From: Mizuhopecten yessoensis
Lineage: Eukaryota
Assembly (NCBI RefSeq): GCF_002113885.1
Contig: NW_018408351.1
Span: 763,546-827,545 of the forward strand
Direction of reading: 5' to 3'
Length of the DNA: 64,000 bases
Positions 14,933 to 29,654 of the stretch are shown here, piece after piece. The notes beneath the pieces are model-generated. The model searched no databases. It had not been told where the DNA came from and was given only the letters and a program-made list of their open reading frames with translations. Both the position numbers and the translations under genes were made by a program. Position 1 is the first letter of the stretch; each line of letters begins with the position of its first letter.

Positions 14933-16003
14933 ACAGCCCAGCATCAGAAGCACTGGGCCGTTCCCCAGGAGTGAAGGGGGGCCAGTGATGCCAAACACAC
15001 AGCTGTTACTCAGCATGGCCAATTATAGAGGACTTCTCAGGGATCTATTTATACTTCTCCTTTATACTATTTAAACCAATTTTATCTGTTTTTAATACTA
15101 AATGAACTGCTTACTGTCTCCCAGTATTTACTTTCTCAATGATTTCTATTTTCTGTTTAGATATAATAGTTTTGAACTTTCTTTCCCAGAATCTTCTCGC
15201 TGCCCCCTTAGATGGCCCCGTAACGCGTGTTGCCCTGCCGCCCGCGTACCAGCGCGGAGACTGATTATACCCGTCTGGAATGTCGCGCGTACCTCCGTAA
15301 TAAACATGTTTTATGCTCTAAACACAGTACCACTAATTACAGAACCTAAGTGTATGTTATTGTGTGACATTTACACACCACCAAATATCATTATAACTTT
15401 CCTAATGACAAGTATAGTATGTGCATTTAAGCGTACAGATACAGAATAATGCACGCACGTGGTCTACACCCCGGCCCCCGCCGGCCGGTATGATTTGAGG
15501 GGAAATTTTGAAAATTACTATCTGGGTTTCCTTTTTATACGTGCTACAGTGTACAAACTATCTATACCGAAATATGATTTGTGTAGGCTAGCAAACGATT
15601 TATTTAGCTTGCAAGTTCACTGATACTTTTAGAAGTTCCTTTTTTTGTTTTACTTTTAGTTGTATATTAACTTCTTTGTTTTATCCCTACGTAACATTGT
15701 TTGAAGTAGTTTTAATCATACTTTTGGTATATGTATAATACCAGATAAGCTACCCTATAGCTTCACTTAGTAACTTCTAGTCTTAATCCGGCTAAGGACT
15801 AAAAACTAATTTTAAAGACAAAGCTACCAGTGGACTAACAACTAATATAAAAAGGCAAGGCTACCAGTTATAAGTAACAATACCAACACGCTGACATGAC
15901 CTAATATCAAATTCTTGTCTATCAGGATCAATATATCAAAAGAAAATATAAAATATTTACAAAGTTTTGAAATTTTGTTTCTATTTCACTTTTAAAACTA
16001 TTA

Positions 16004-16153
<150 letters not shown>

Positions 16154-16250
16154 TTAGTTCCAAAGTAATACTAAAGACTATTGGTATGGGTGCTCACCCT
16201 CTTGTGTCTGGCTTCTACAACAAACTGGTACCGATCTAACACTCTCTCGG

Positions 16251-16343
16251 TGCTTATATCCCGACGGCCACAGCTTTCCGAGAACTCCACGAACCACTCG
16301 GGCACGCTTGCCATATAAGGCGATAGGGGCCTACCTATATGGG
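16251..16343 (-). promoter_or_regulatory. Actin promoter: TATA-like GATATAAGCA (16260-16251), CArG CCATATAAGG (16311-16320), near-CArG (16334-16343)
   Basis: The motifs are seen directly. The TATA + upstream CArG layout is typical of actin promoters, about 120 nt upstream of the ATG. Confidence 0.8.
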
Positions 16344-19300
16344 CATCGTCGTTTGCATCAGCAACTCGGATAATACTCACGCCTCGTTTTCGCTCTCGGG
16401 AAGTATCGTTTTCGAGCGAGAGTAACACAGTAGCCTCATTTGGATTTCAAATTTCCGAAGAGAAGAGTCGGGTTGTCATGGAAATAAAGATGGCGTCTAA
16501 GAATTGGTGTGTTCATTCGTTATAGCAGTAATGTCCCTGGTTATAGTGTGGAGTATCGCCTATGTGGTTGGAATCTTATAATTGTCGATTGTTGTTTGTG
16601 AAATAAAGGATTTCAAAGGATTTCTTTATTTCTGTCCTTTTTACGGTGAGTCTGTTTGATTTTTACTCAAAATTCACTCCAATGTATGTGTGAATCACTG
16701 GACAGGTTAGGGGCCCATTTATGGACATGGTTATCGTGACTCAACTGTATTCACTATACTCAAACGTTTACGCCATTTCTATTTTGAAATGTTCATTTTG
16801 AAATATTCTTTTAATTTTATCCTTTGTCCTCTGTAATTAGGACTGAACATTGATTGGTTGACCGATGTCGTTTTTGTACCTACAATACACGTTAGAGGAA
16901 AATTCGGTCACATTTACTCTCATACATTTTTCATGCTGTTTGTATTTTTACCAATCTGCTTCACTCATTTGAGGATATCTCATCATCCCTCTGAATAAGA
17001 CAAGGATCATTCTGATATCTTTAAAAACATTTTTGTTCAAGAAAACCGGATTTTTGTTCTGACTTTCACGTGGTATGAATATAGTTAATGGTATTCTTTT
17101 GTTGTATACAATGGGCAATGGTTTACAGCTATATTTGCGCGGTATCTGCATTCTGAGGGTCTGTGTTACACGGCAGTTGTATGTACAGTACTAGTAGATC
17201 TTGCTGTTGAATCATCGCCCCACACATACTCAGGCGCACGTGCTAGAGATATGTGAAATTCCTGAACCCGTCTTTTGTTACAAAATTAATGACGAGCATT
17301 TGATAAGGATAGATAATATCAAATGGAAAAAAGTTTCAAAATGTATATTTTATAAAAATGATTATGTAAACAGACCAGCACAGTTGTATTCTTTTTATTA
17401 ATGCCTATATACGTTGCTTACATTGCGGAAGTGCTTGTGCACGGCCACGCCTGTGTTGTGGAGAGTATGTGTTATTCGGCGAGAGCAATTTTAGCAGAAT
17501 TCGAAATTCATTCACATTGCATTGATATTGGCAGTACCGTGTTGTGTTAGGATGTTTGTCATACAATCGCTCATAGGGAGTAAAGTCCATCAATGACATA
17601 TTGTAGCAATAAATGGCACACGCCTTTGTTGACAGTGACCATATTGAGACACCGGAAGTTAGACAGTGACGCGTCCGGTATGTAAAGTTGCATAAGACAC
17701 TGCAATGATGTCATTGTCAGAAGTTTGCACTCTAATAGACCACCTTAAAACCACAATACTGTAGCTTATGGAGGTAACGACTAAAAAAATAATTTGACAT
17801 ATAAAAGGAAATGTATGCATTTTTTGTGTATTTAGGTGTGTCGGTGTTGCAGGTACATTTTAGACACTGTCACTGTTTTTATGAAAACCACAAACCAATC
17901 ACTACTGGTAGTTTTGATAAAATCCACATTCCTTACACTACTAGTAGACTGGTCGTCAGAGGTTTATATACAAACCATAGACCTAACCCTGACTGTATTT
18001 TATATACAAACCATAGACCTAACCCTGGCAGTAAAAAATCCATACAACAAATTTATTAACAAACCATAGACCTAACCCTGGCAGTAATTTCCAAACAAAA
18101 CCATAACCTAAACCTTACGTTAAATTCCAAACAAAGCCATAAACTTAACACTGTTAGTAGACGGTTTTATACAACTATGGACTGAAGTTGTTTTCGGTAG
18201 TCCTGTAGAAGACAGTGACACCGTCAGTGGCCCTTGTCATCAGTGGTTATAAGGGGTCGGAAACCTTCAACACATATTTTATAGTACCGAACATGTAAAC
18301 GGAAAATTACAAACTAGATTTTGAAAAAGCAATGTTGTACCATATAGTTTATGCAAGCACTTTCATATTACCTGTGTGGGTTTCCTATACCTCGAGTCGA
18401 AGGCAAGGAAATATCATTTAACCCAATGTACCTGAAACCTTTATTTAATCGACTCATCCAAACCTATAAAACTAAAATTATAAGTTGCAGTTTTGCTCTG
18501 TATGGTACCACTATGTGAGGTACAAAGTATAAATGTTACCACGTGTAGGAAGTGTGACCCCCGTTTACTATTTCCTGCTTACCTAAAGCCTTACAATACT
18601 GGGGGGAAACGGATGTTGTCGGGATTATAGGAACATTAGTGTACATTTGTATAAAGAGGTTAATTGTTGTCCACGTTACAAGATAAGACTCAATAAACTC
18701 GCAAGTTCTTTCACACAAATGTCCATCCATGTGTTCCTCAAACAAACGCGTCCACATACACGAACAATGACACTTTACTGTCTCACGCGATTGACAATGC
18801 CATATATGTACATTCACACAAAAATGAGGACGTTCTACCCCACCTGGTATACTTGTTCACCCTCGACCAATACGATAAACCAGAGATACGACAGACCCGA
18901 TTTTCCTCACGTCTGACGTAACAACACTATACTACGGGGCACTGTATCTCAGTATATCTGTTGTATATGTTTTATCGTTGTTTACATCGACATGATTATT
19001 ATGACGAAAGCGAGACTGGGGAAGGTCAAGGCTATCGGGGTTTGATATATTCTGCTGAGTGATCACCACACGCGCGCTCCTCCGAATATAGACTCTGTGC
19101 GCGTGCAGTTCCCAGTACTGCACGGTCGTCTCCGCCATATTTCGGCGTGCCCTAGTAACCAAGTACAAACTGACACTTACTGTGTAGTTTCCTGCGTTAA
19201 TCTGTTACATATGGAGGACCAAAGATAGATCGCTGGCTGACACGCTTAGTAGCTCGGGACAATAACTATGGTATTATCAATGATTTCCCAACGGTTGATA

Positions 19301-19660
19301 CACCGAACCTTTTCAACGTACTGATGATATGTAATTTGTTGCAAACATCCCACGATTTCTTGTAGATAACGGCTCGTCATAATACTAGATAGATAAGCTT
19401 TGATGTAAATCCCCACAAGCTACACGATAAATGTTAGTTCGCACACTTGCTTGTTTATAATTCTATCCAAACTTGGTTCATTTTAATTTAGGTACCAATT
19501 ACTCCTATTATGCAAAGTACACGTGAACTAGTCTATGTATTTATATTGTGACGGGGATGTGATCTTTACTCTTGGGATGTAAACAGCTTTTAGAGGAGCG
19601 TGTCCACTATAAGACGTGACCAAAATATTATGATATTATGATTGTTATAATGTATATGTC

Positions 19661-19775
19661 AGGAAGGTTTAGTCACGGAAGGTTTAGTCACGGAAGGTTT
19701 GGTTTAGTCACGGAAGGTTTGGTTTAGTCACGGAAGGTTTAGTCACGGTTAGTCACGGAAGGTTTAGTCACGGGT
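19661..19775. repeat. Short tandem repeat, 15-20-bp unit (gtttagtcacggaag)
   Basis: About 6 visible copies. Confidence 0.9.
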
Positions 19776-20150
19776 TTGTTTTACCTTCAGTACCACAGAT
19801 GAGTCCCGTGTGAAGGAAATGGTCATATGGTGTCGTGGCATGATCACCATGTACAGTTAAAGTTACGGTCTAGTTGTATTTTCTATAGTGAGCATTTGTT
19901 ATGTTATGGAGGGACTGATTGATGTACAAAAGACGAGTAGGTCGAGGAAAGGGATTTGTTAGAAGTGATAAGTTTTGGGGAAATCACACTTTGTACCTTT
20001 ATTTATTTTAGTAAAACTACGAACTTTTAAAGTTTAAGTATCAATCATGGAACTGAATCGTCGCAAATGAGGAGCACAGAGCCAAATTCCGCGAATATTC
20101 AACCCGTCACATTCCATAGTTTAGAATTGAACAAATCAAAGGGAATAGCC

Positions 20151-20310
20151 TGGAAGTTGATATACATCGAGATAGACAAGTATTCCACCATGGAAGTTAA
20201 TATACATCGAGATAGACATGTATTCCACCTTGGAAGTTAATATACATCGAGATAGACAAGTATTCCACCTTGGAAGTTAATATACATCGAGATAAACAAG
20301 TATTCCACCA
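20151..20310. repeat. 40-bp tandem repeat x4 (tggaagttaatatacatcgagatagacaagtattccacc)
   Basis: Direct repetition. Confidence 0.9.
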
Positions 20311-20489
20311 GGATCTCGTTTTCTTATTGAAAGAGTCGCAACAAAACCATAAACAAGTTATCTGTGTGAGATGTTATTTTCGTGTGAAGTTTTTCGATAT
20401 AGCTCTTGTTTCCTCATCCTGTCGTCCATACACTATCCACGTACATGTGGGCCGACCTATTAGTTACACGTAGTAAGGTACGGAGCCTG

Positions 20490-20843
20490 CAAATTTTATG
20501 AGGATTTTAGGCATGAATATATTAAACCTTATTTTTACAAACGACCAAGTGTTTTCAAGTTAATAGAACTGTTCAATACCAAAATCGTTAAAGATCTAAA
20601 TAACCTAGGCAAATTTTTGCATTTAAGTACAAAACGACGAAATAATATTGTTTAACTAAATATAATACTGCATGTTCTGTATGTTATACCCACATACAGG
20701 TATATTGTGTTTTAATAATCTATGTTATGCATTGTACACTATCGCATCAACTGTAATTTGTGTTATACATTGTGATATCTTGTACATATGTATGTCTACT
20801 CTCCGATGTGTTGTAAACATAAGGAAATAAAGAATCTGAATCT
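20490..20843 (+). mobile_element. 5'-truncated non-LTR retrotransposon 3' end (RTE-X-like)
   Basis: Encodes ...KFYEDFRHEYIKPYFYKRPSVFKLIELFNTK...LGKFLHLSTKRRN*, homologous to the copies at 28.2 and 37.1 kb. It has an AATAAA + (gaatct)n tail and a TSD GAGCCTG at 20483-20489 and 20844-20850. Confidence 0.8.
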
Positions 20844-21754
20844 GAGCCTGAGATTTATAGAACTAGTTGTTGCGTAACTATTGTATATGTTTTGAGATGT
20901 TTCCGAGTTCTGGGATAGTCGTTGTGCGTGATCTACTTCAGTGCTGTCAACTGTCGTGATCGTCTTCCTAAGGAGATGATCCGGATTGTGATGCTCTGGA
21001 GTACAAAATGAGGAAAAGTTTGAAAAGCTGTTTTTAATTTCAGTGTTAACATGCTAGTCAAGTCCGTATGTTTCACTAGGACGGGAGGAGGAGCCGTGAC
21101 TCAAACATCGGGCTAAGAACGGGGTTCGCTTGTTCCTCATTAGTTATACCTAGATGTGTGTCGGGGAGGGGGACTATGACGTAACAAAGACGCCCGAAGA
21201 TTTGTCGGTCACCTACACGGGTTTCACACAGTCTAGACTTTCGATGTGAATACCGCAGCCCTAAGACTGTATTGTGTGTGGACAGTTAAGCCTACCATCA
21301 TGTTTACATTGCCTGACCAACTTGACTTGGTTATCAATCACAATCTTATCTTGATAACTGCCGACCAAAAACAAATACATGTAGGATAATCTGACAGTCA
21401 GTTTCCTTAACATACTATAGAGCTACTTCTCGGCCACTGTCTGACATGAGATGTCTTACATACCGACACCCAACCTTCTCCTTCGTCCCCCTCCCCATGG
21501 GGGCGCTAATGGAAAGTGTCGGCCCAATCCATTTGATAGTGTTTGCACGAGTCGTTATAAATAAACACATGTCCGGTTCCCGTCGAGAGTGACCGGTGTC
21601 CAGACTCAAGTAGAGATTAGCCCTCATGCATTACCTACAAGTTGCATATATTTTCTCGTGAGTAAAAAAAAAATGTCAGCTTATTTTATATTGTTTTGAA
21701 TTTATTTTTTCTGTCAGAAGCAGCTGACCTGTTTCTCCAGTTATTCTCCATTTA

Positions 21755-21826
21755 ATTATAATAATAATAATATACAACATATATATAGCGCCCAATGTAA
21801 TTTGCCAAATTACTCTAAGACACTTT
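21755..21826 (-). mobile_element. Short LINE/SINE 3'-tail remnant
   Basis: The reverse complement ends ...ggcgctatatatatgttgtatattattattattat, resembling L2-type 3' ends. Confidence 0.35.
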
Positions 21827-22604
21827 AAGGTACATCAATAATAGTATTCCTGAAATGATAGTTATAAAAAGGCATACACATCAACATTTTGTTTGAAAGA
21901 CTTTTGTGAAATAAAAATGATATATTTGTATATTGAAAACAATGTACATATAACAGGATTTTGTAGTGTCATCAAAACCGAAAGTCGAAGGAAACATATG
22001 AGCAGGTGTTCCGATGCACAGGGTTAGGAACCATGTATGTGTTTGGGCACATACTGGTGTGTAGAGAGTAATATTAGACGTGCCAAAGGTTCAGATCATC
22101 ATTCGGTAAAACGTGTTGGTCGAAACCCTTAAACACGTCTAACATAATTTTCTATACATCAGGTAAACACATCCTCACGTCCTCCTGTCCCGGGAATCTA
22201 AGCCTTGTCTGCTTCCTCGACCACACCAACTATGTCAATCAAGGTCAAATTCAAGTAATGTCACGTCCTCGTAGCGGGAACCGAGATAGTTACAACGAAA
22301 CAACAAGGCACACGAATGATTATAATAAAAACAAACATACTACACAAGATATTATTTCAAATAAGTTCAAGACCGGACAATCTAATTCGTCATGCTTATA
22401 CATTTCGTAGCGAGTCATCCCTGCTGGTCATGTTGAAAAATAGATCGAGGAAAGCGACTGATTTAATATTCAGGAAGGTATATACGACCGACATGGTGAG
22501 TACAATTCTTGTAATTTAAAATCGCAGTCATAATAAGCTCTTCAAATCTTTCAGGGTTAAACAGAAACAAGTAGACAAGAAGACGGGCAAAGTCTGTTCC
22601 AATA

Positions 22605-23012
22605 TAAATGTCTATATATTCTGGTGGAAGTCTTGCTCCCAACCAGGAACTCACTCATTCTCGCGATTTAAGCCTCCGTATATATCATTTTTAGTAAGTT
22701 ATGAAGAAGATTAGTTATTCTTGCAAAATCCGTTGTTCTTTCGAGAAATGATATTACATGGACTTGTATGAGTAATTGTGAATTCTGGTGGGTTTAAAAT
22801 CTTTAACATAAATGTCTATATATTCTGGTGGAAATCTTGCTTCCAACCAGGAACTCACTCATTCTCGCAATTTAAGCCTCCGTATATTTCATTTTTAGTA
22901 ACGTATGAAGAAGATTAGTTATTCTTGAAAAATCCGTTGTTCTTTCGAGAAATGATATAACATGGACTTCTATGAGTAATTGTCAAAACTGGTGGGTTTA
23001 AAATCTTTAACA
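22605..23012. repeat. Head-to-tail duplication of a 204-bp segment
   Basis: taaatgtctatatattctggtgga... starts at both 22605 and 22809, with few substitutions. Confidence 0.9.
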
Positions 23013-24397
23013 TTTACAGATTTAACTTTCCCGAAATTTTTAGCTTAACTTGTTGTCACCCCGTCAAACCAAAGGAGATGTGGGAAGAGGGCAAAGGACG
23101 GCTTATCCCCAAACATATCCTTCCTGTAGGATTGTCAACTTGCTAAACTACAAGGCATACCAGATGTTACTGTAGTGTACAGTGTATAGAAGATATCTAA
23201 CAGAATGAATAATATTATAAAATGAACAATTTTCAATATTTAACTGGTGAAAATGTAATAAATCATGATATCTGGTGTCCCTTGATGTACCCGGGGCGGA
23301 CCGTGTTTTATCCAATATCACTGCTGTTTGTTTGGAGTCGTCTATACATGTAAGAAGACGGACCATCATGATTATGTAGCGCGGAAAAGCTATAATAACT
23401 TCGGGTGACGAAGTGACTACATAATAGTTTATTTAGCGAGGCTAATTATATCATAAGTCTGAATAGTTATGTGAGCCCTATTAGCTTATTGTAGCGATAT
23501 TGAGATATACAGTATGCTAACCTTGAGCATGTCAAGGTTTTTTGATATCCCAGTTTCCGGTTTCCTTAAATGAAGCATGCGGAAGGAAACGGCATACGTT
23601 CTTATGGCTTTCTCTAAGTGTTCAATCATGGGTAAGATGTGTGTATGTAATAACTAGGAGGGACCAGCAGACTCTGAAGGATGACTTGAAGACGGCAGTT
23701 AGATTTAGGCGGATAGGGTGTCCGGTTTCCCAGCTAACACCACGTGTTAGAGGGAATGAGTCACATGACTGATCCCCCCTTTAGCGTTGTCGGGGGTCCT
23801 CAGTCCGAAATACTTGCATGAAAGTGTGGATCGTCTAGTCACACGGAATTCTGTACATAACTACTGCGATATTTGTTTACAAACTAGATTCTACTGACAT
23901 ATATGTGTGTGTTTGTGTGTGTTTATTAGGTAGTGCATAATGTAACAATTATACTTGAATTATTGGACTTTCATCAATTCATATATACAATATGATATTA
24001 AACCACATTTTAGAATAGTATATAAGAAGATTCTGAATATTTAATATTATACATATCTGTTATATATATATAATGTATCCCGAGAAAAGACAGAGAAAGG
24101 CCTAGAGACGCTATCTCTGTCTTTTGTTTTGTTTAATTTTTTATATTTAATTCCAACACAAGGACTTCTCAATGTTATCTTTATAATGTATCATATATAC
24201 TTGTACTGTATGAGATATATTATATAGTTTTATGATATGCAGAATCGACATTGCTCCTTGAATAAATATTAAGTAAGCCTGCCATATAAGCTTTTCACAA
24301 TGAAGAATACAAATTAAATATCGCAATTCAGAAAATTGTTGAGAAATTGTGGTATCAGTGATCGTAAGTTGAAATATATCATCTCACTTGTTTAGTA

Positions 24398-27300
24398 TAA
24401 CGAGACACGCGATAGTTCATCTAACATGGCCGTTACAACGAAACAGACGATAGTTCATCTACCATAGGCGGTACAACGACACAGACGATAGTTCATCTAA
24501 CATGGCGGCGACACCGACCAAGACGATAGTTCATTTAAAATGGCCGGTACAACGACACAGACGATGGTTCATCTAACATGGCGGCGACACCACACAGACG
24601 ATAGTTCATTTAAAAGGGCCGGTACAACGACACAGACTATAGTTAATCTAACACGGCCGGTACAACGACGATAGTTTATCTAACATGGCCGGTACAACGA
24701 AACAGACGATAGTTCATCTACCATGGCCGGTACAACGACACAGACGGTAGTTCATCTAACATGGCCGGTAAAACGACACAGACGATAGTTCATCAAACAC
24801 GGCCGGTACAACGACACAGACGACAGTTCATCTAACATGGCCGGTACATGTCCATTACAACGAGACAGACGATAGGTCATCTAACATAGGCGGGACAACG
24901 ACACAGGCGATAGTTCATCTAACACGGCCGGTACAACGACTATAGTTTATCTAACATGGCCGGTACAACGACATAGACGATAGTTCATCTAACATGGCGG
25001 CGACACCACACAGACGATAGTTCATTTAAAAGGGCCGGTACAACGACACAGACTATAGTTAATCTAACGCGGCCGGTACAACGACGATAGTTTATCTAAC
25101 ATGGCCGGGACAACGAGACAGACGATAGGTCATCTAACATAGGCGGGACAACGACACAGGCGATAGTTCATCTAACATAGGCGGTACAACGACACAGACG
25201 ATAGTTTATCTAACATGGCCGGGACAACGAGACAGACGATAGGTCATCTAACATAGGCGGGACAACGACACAGGCGATAGTTCATCTAACACGGCCGGTA
25301 CAACGACTATAGTTTATCTAACATGGCCGGTACAACGAGAGAGACGATAGTTTATCTAATATGGCCAGTACAACGACACAGACGATAGTTCGTCTAACAT
25401 GGCCCGTACAACGACACAGACGATAGTTTATCTAACATGGCCGGGACAACGACACAGACGATAGTTTATCTAACATGGCCGGGACAACGACAACGACAAT
25501 AGTTCATCTAATATGGCTAGTACAACGACACAGACGATAGTTCATCTAACATGGCCGGTACAACGACAACGACAATAGTTCATCTAATATGGCTGGTACA
25601 ACGACACAGACGATAGTTCATCTAACATGGCCTGTACAACGACAACGACAATAGTTCGTCTAACATGGCCGGTACAACGACACAGACGATGGTTCATCTA
25701 ACATGGCCGGTACAACGAGACAGACGATAGTTCATTTAAAATGGCCGGGACAACGACACAGACTATAGTTAATCTAACACGGCCGGGACAACGACGATAG
25801 TTCATCTAACATGGCCGGGACAACGACAACGACAATAGTTCATCTAATAGGGCTGGGACAACGACACAGACGATAATTCATCTAACATGGCCGGGACAAC
25901 GACACAGACGAAAGTTCATCTAACATGGCCGGTACAACAAATCAGACGTTATATAGTTCATCTAACATGGCCGGTTCAACGACACAGACGATAGTTCATT
26001 TAAAATGGCCGGTACAACGACACAGACTATAGTTAATCTAACACGGCCGGTACAACGACGATAGTTCATCTAACATGGCCATTACAACGAGACAGCAATA
26101 GGTCATCTAACATAGGCGGTACAACGACACAGGCGATAGTTCATCTAACACGGCCGGTACAACGACGATAATTCATCTAACATGGCCGGTACAACGGGAA
26201 AGACGAGAGTTCATCTAACATGGCCGGTACAACAAATCAGACGTTATATAGTTCATCTAACATGGCCGGTTCAACGACACAGACGATAGTTCATTTAACA
26301 TGGCCGGTACAACGACAAAGACGATAGTTCATCTAACATGGCCGGCACAACGACAACGACAATAGTTCATCTAATATGGCTGGTACAACGACACAGACGA
26401 TAGTTCATCAAACACGGCCTGTACAACGTAACGGACGATAGTTAATCTAATATGGCCGGTACAACGACACAGACGTTAGTTCGTCTAACATGGCCGGTAC
26501 AACGACACAGCCGATAGTTCATCTAACATGGCCGGTAAAACGACACAGACGATAGTTCATCTAACATAGGCGGTACAACGACACAGACGATAGTTAATCT
26601 AACATGGCCGGTACAACGAGACAGACGATAGTTCATTTAAAATTGCCGGTACAACGACACAGACTATAGTTAATCTAACACGGCCGTTACAACGACGATA
26701 GTTCATCTAACATGTCCATTACAACGAGACAGACGATAGTTCATCTAACATAGGCGGTACAACGACACAGGCGATAGTTCATCTAACATAGGCGGTACAA
26801 CGACACAGGCGATAGTTCATCTAACATAGGCGGTACAACGACACAGACGATAGTTAATCTAACATGGCCGGTACAACGAGAGAGACGATAGTTCATCTAA
26901 TATGGCCAGTACAACGAGAGAGACGATAGATCATCTAACATGGCAATTACAACGACACGAACGATAGTTCATTTAAAATGGCCGGTACAACGACACAGAC
27001 TATAGTTAATCTAACACGGCCGGTACAACGACGATAGTTCATCTAACATGGCCATTACAACGAGACAGACGATAGTTCATCTAACATAGGCGGGACAACG
27101 ACACAGGCGATAGTTCATCTAACATAGGCGGTACAACGACACAGACGATAGTTCATCTAACATGGCCGGTACAACGAGAGAGACGATAGTTCATCTAATA
27201 TGGCCAGTACAACGAGAGAGACGATTGTTCATCTAGCATGGCCGGTACAACAACAAAGACGATGTTTCATCTAACATGGCCGGTACAACGACACAGATGA

Positions 27301-27520
27301 TAGTTCATCTAATATGGCGGCGACACCGACACAGACGATAGATCATCTAACATGGCCATTACAACGAGACAGACGATAGTTCATTTAAAATGGCCGGTAC
27401 AACGACACAGACGATAGTTCATCTAACATGGCGGCAACACCGACACAGACGATAGTTAATCTAACCTGGCCGGTACAACGACACAGACGATAGTTCATTT
27501 AAAATGGCCGGTACAACGTG
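24398..27520. repeat. Minisatellite, 38-bp unit (acaacgacacagacgatagttcatctaacatggccggt), about 80 copies
   Basis: Period 38 at 24411/24449. Confidence 0.95.
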
Positions 27521-27889
27521 TCAGAGGATTGTCCCGACCCTACTGACTCTACAGCCTCTACCTACCATACCAACACTTCACAGATCGAACATAGCATTCC
27601 AAGGCTACTACCAGATAGCAAATCGGTCACGAGCCCCGGAACTTTTAGCTAGATAACACGCGCATATACACATGCATGTACTCTATCTAGTACAGGGCGT
27701 ATCCGACTGTGTAAGGAGACATACGTACAAAGCACGCGTTGCATCGCATTTTATCAAATGGGTCAATCATATTAAGGAGTTGTTACGTTTCAAGTCGGAC
27801 TTGTGACATGGCCGAATGTTCATTGTATACTGTTGTTGAAAGAACTGCACACGAGTAGAAATCAATCTTGATGACAGCTGGCTAAAAAT

Positions 27890-27956
27890 GTGTAAAACTA
27901 CTTTAAACACCTTAGTTTAGGTCCAAATATGCTGTAACAAATTCGCAAGTCCCTGC
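27890..27956 (+). mobile_element. Isolated terminal fragment of the MITE family at 49208-49445
   Basis: ttaggtccaaatatgctgtaacaaattcgcaagtccctg matches the right TIR ttaggtccaaatatagctgtaacaaattctcaggtccctg. Confidence 0.7.
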
Positions 27957-28109
27957 AATTACTAGGGACCTGTTTTTTTTAAATGTACCATTTTGATTTC
28001 AGGCTATGTCAAGGCTCGCCTGCAAGCGGGACTCTCTAACAAAACATTCGAATTTTAAAATTATCTGGGATATCGTGACCTCAAAGACAGGCAACTGCAC
28101 ATGTATTAC

Positions 28110-29645
28110 TGAGATAACAGGACATCACAGGTACAGACAGGTAGTTATCATCACGAGATAGGTATAGACAGGTAGTTATCAAAATGTTTGTTGTATAAAC
28201 ACATTGTTGACCGTTTTGATCTACGATGGTATTTTACAAAACCGCTATTTAGAAAAAATAAATAAATTCTTGCGAAATATAGATTGCAAGCACATAACCT
28301 TAATATAGAGAGAGGTAGATATAATGCAGTGCCTCGAAACCAGAGATTGTGTACTTTATGTGATCTTGGAGATGTCGAGGATGAGTTTCATTTCATTCTT
28401 ATGTGTCCTGTGTTTTTAGAATTAAGAGTATCGTATATCAAGCCATATTATCGTATTCGTCCTTCTGTGTTTAAATAAATAGAGCTACTGTCTAGCAACA
28501 ATTTTAAACTTATTAGAAATTTAAGTAAGTACTTGATTCAGGCAACTGTTAAGAGAAGTCGTATATTATGAAATATAAGCTGTATCAAATTCTTGCTATA
28601 AACGTTTTGTTACTGTATAATGCGATTGAGATCTATGTCTTTTATTTCACAATAAGTTATAATCTCATTTCATTATATAATATATAGTACTCGTTCTACC
28701 TTCATGTTGAGGTTGTATGATTGACTTTGAAGTTTTGTTATTTCCTAGAAATTTGGTTAGATTAAGGCTTGATTTGTATTATTTCCTAAACGACTAAATT
28801 ATGCAACTAAATTATGCTTCATAAGAGTCCGCTAAGTTACCTTAGGAAAACCTTAAAGTTTTCCCAAACTTATGCCAATTTCATAATTTGTAAATATTAT
28901 GTATGGAATTGAATCTATTGCATATGTTCTCCGCCATTGTACAAGATATTTGTAAAGTATTTATCTATATGTATATTTCTGTACGCCTATATGCAATGTG
29001 CATTTGGTAATAAATTGAATTGAATTGAATCATCACGAGATAACAGAACCTCACAGGTACAGTCGGGTAATTATCATCACGAGATTACAGGACATCACAG
29101 GTACAGACAGGTAATTATCATCACGAGATAACAGAACCTCACAGGTACAGACAGGTAGTTATCATCACGAGATTACAGGACCTCACAGGTACAGACAGGT
29201 AATTATCATCACGAGATAACAGAACCTCACAGGTATAGACAGGTAATTATCATCACGAGATAACAGAACCTCACAGGTATAGACAGGTAGTTATCATCAC
29301 GAGACAACAGAACCTCACAGGTACAGACAGGTAATTATCATCACGAGATTACAGGACATCACAGGTACAGCCAGGTAATTATCATCACGAGATATTAGAA
29401 CCTCACAGGTACAGACAGGTATTTATCATCACGAGATCACAGGACATCATATGAACTTACAGGTAGATGTCGCCACGAGACAACGAAACCTCATTTACTA
29501 TCATCACGAGATAACGGAACATCACAGGTACAGACCGGAAAATATCACTTCGAGATAACAGGACATCACAGGTACAGACAAGTAATTTTATATATATATA
29601 AATATCACGACAAGGTAACGAGACATCACAGGTACAGTCAGGTAA
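28110..29645. repeat. Minisatellite, 44-bp unit (atcatcacgagataacagaacctcacaggtacagacaggtaatt), split by a LINE insertion
   Basis: Units are present at 28110-28181 and 29029-29645, with period 44 at 29031/29075. Confidence 0.9.
28182..29028 (+). mobile_element. 5'-truncated non-LTR retrotransposon (RTE-X-like), defective
   Basis: RLQAHNLNIERGRY...RLCTLCDLGDVEDEFHFILMCP is the C-terminal CCHC region of ORF2, followed by an internal stop. The tail is aataaa(ttgaa)n. Confidence 0.85.
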
Positions 29646-29654
29646 TATCGGGGC

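Noticed and set aside
16172-16198. GTGAGC...TTTAG mini-intron in the actin 5' UTR (minus strand)
   Set aside because: It is only 27 nt, too short for a typical metazoan intron, and there is no transcript evidence.
17863-18225. Short inverted ends (gacactgtcactgt / acagtgacaccgtc) around cctaaccct-containing repeats
   Set aside because: It may be a decayed MITE, but there is no TSD and the TIRs are weak. It is not a true telomeric array.
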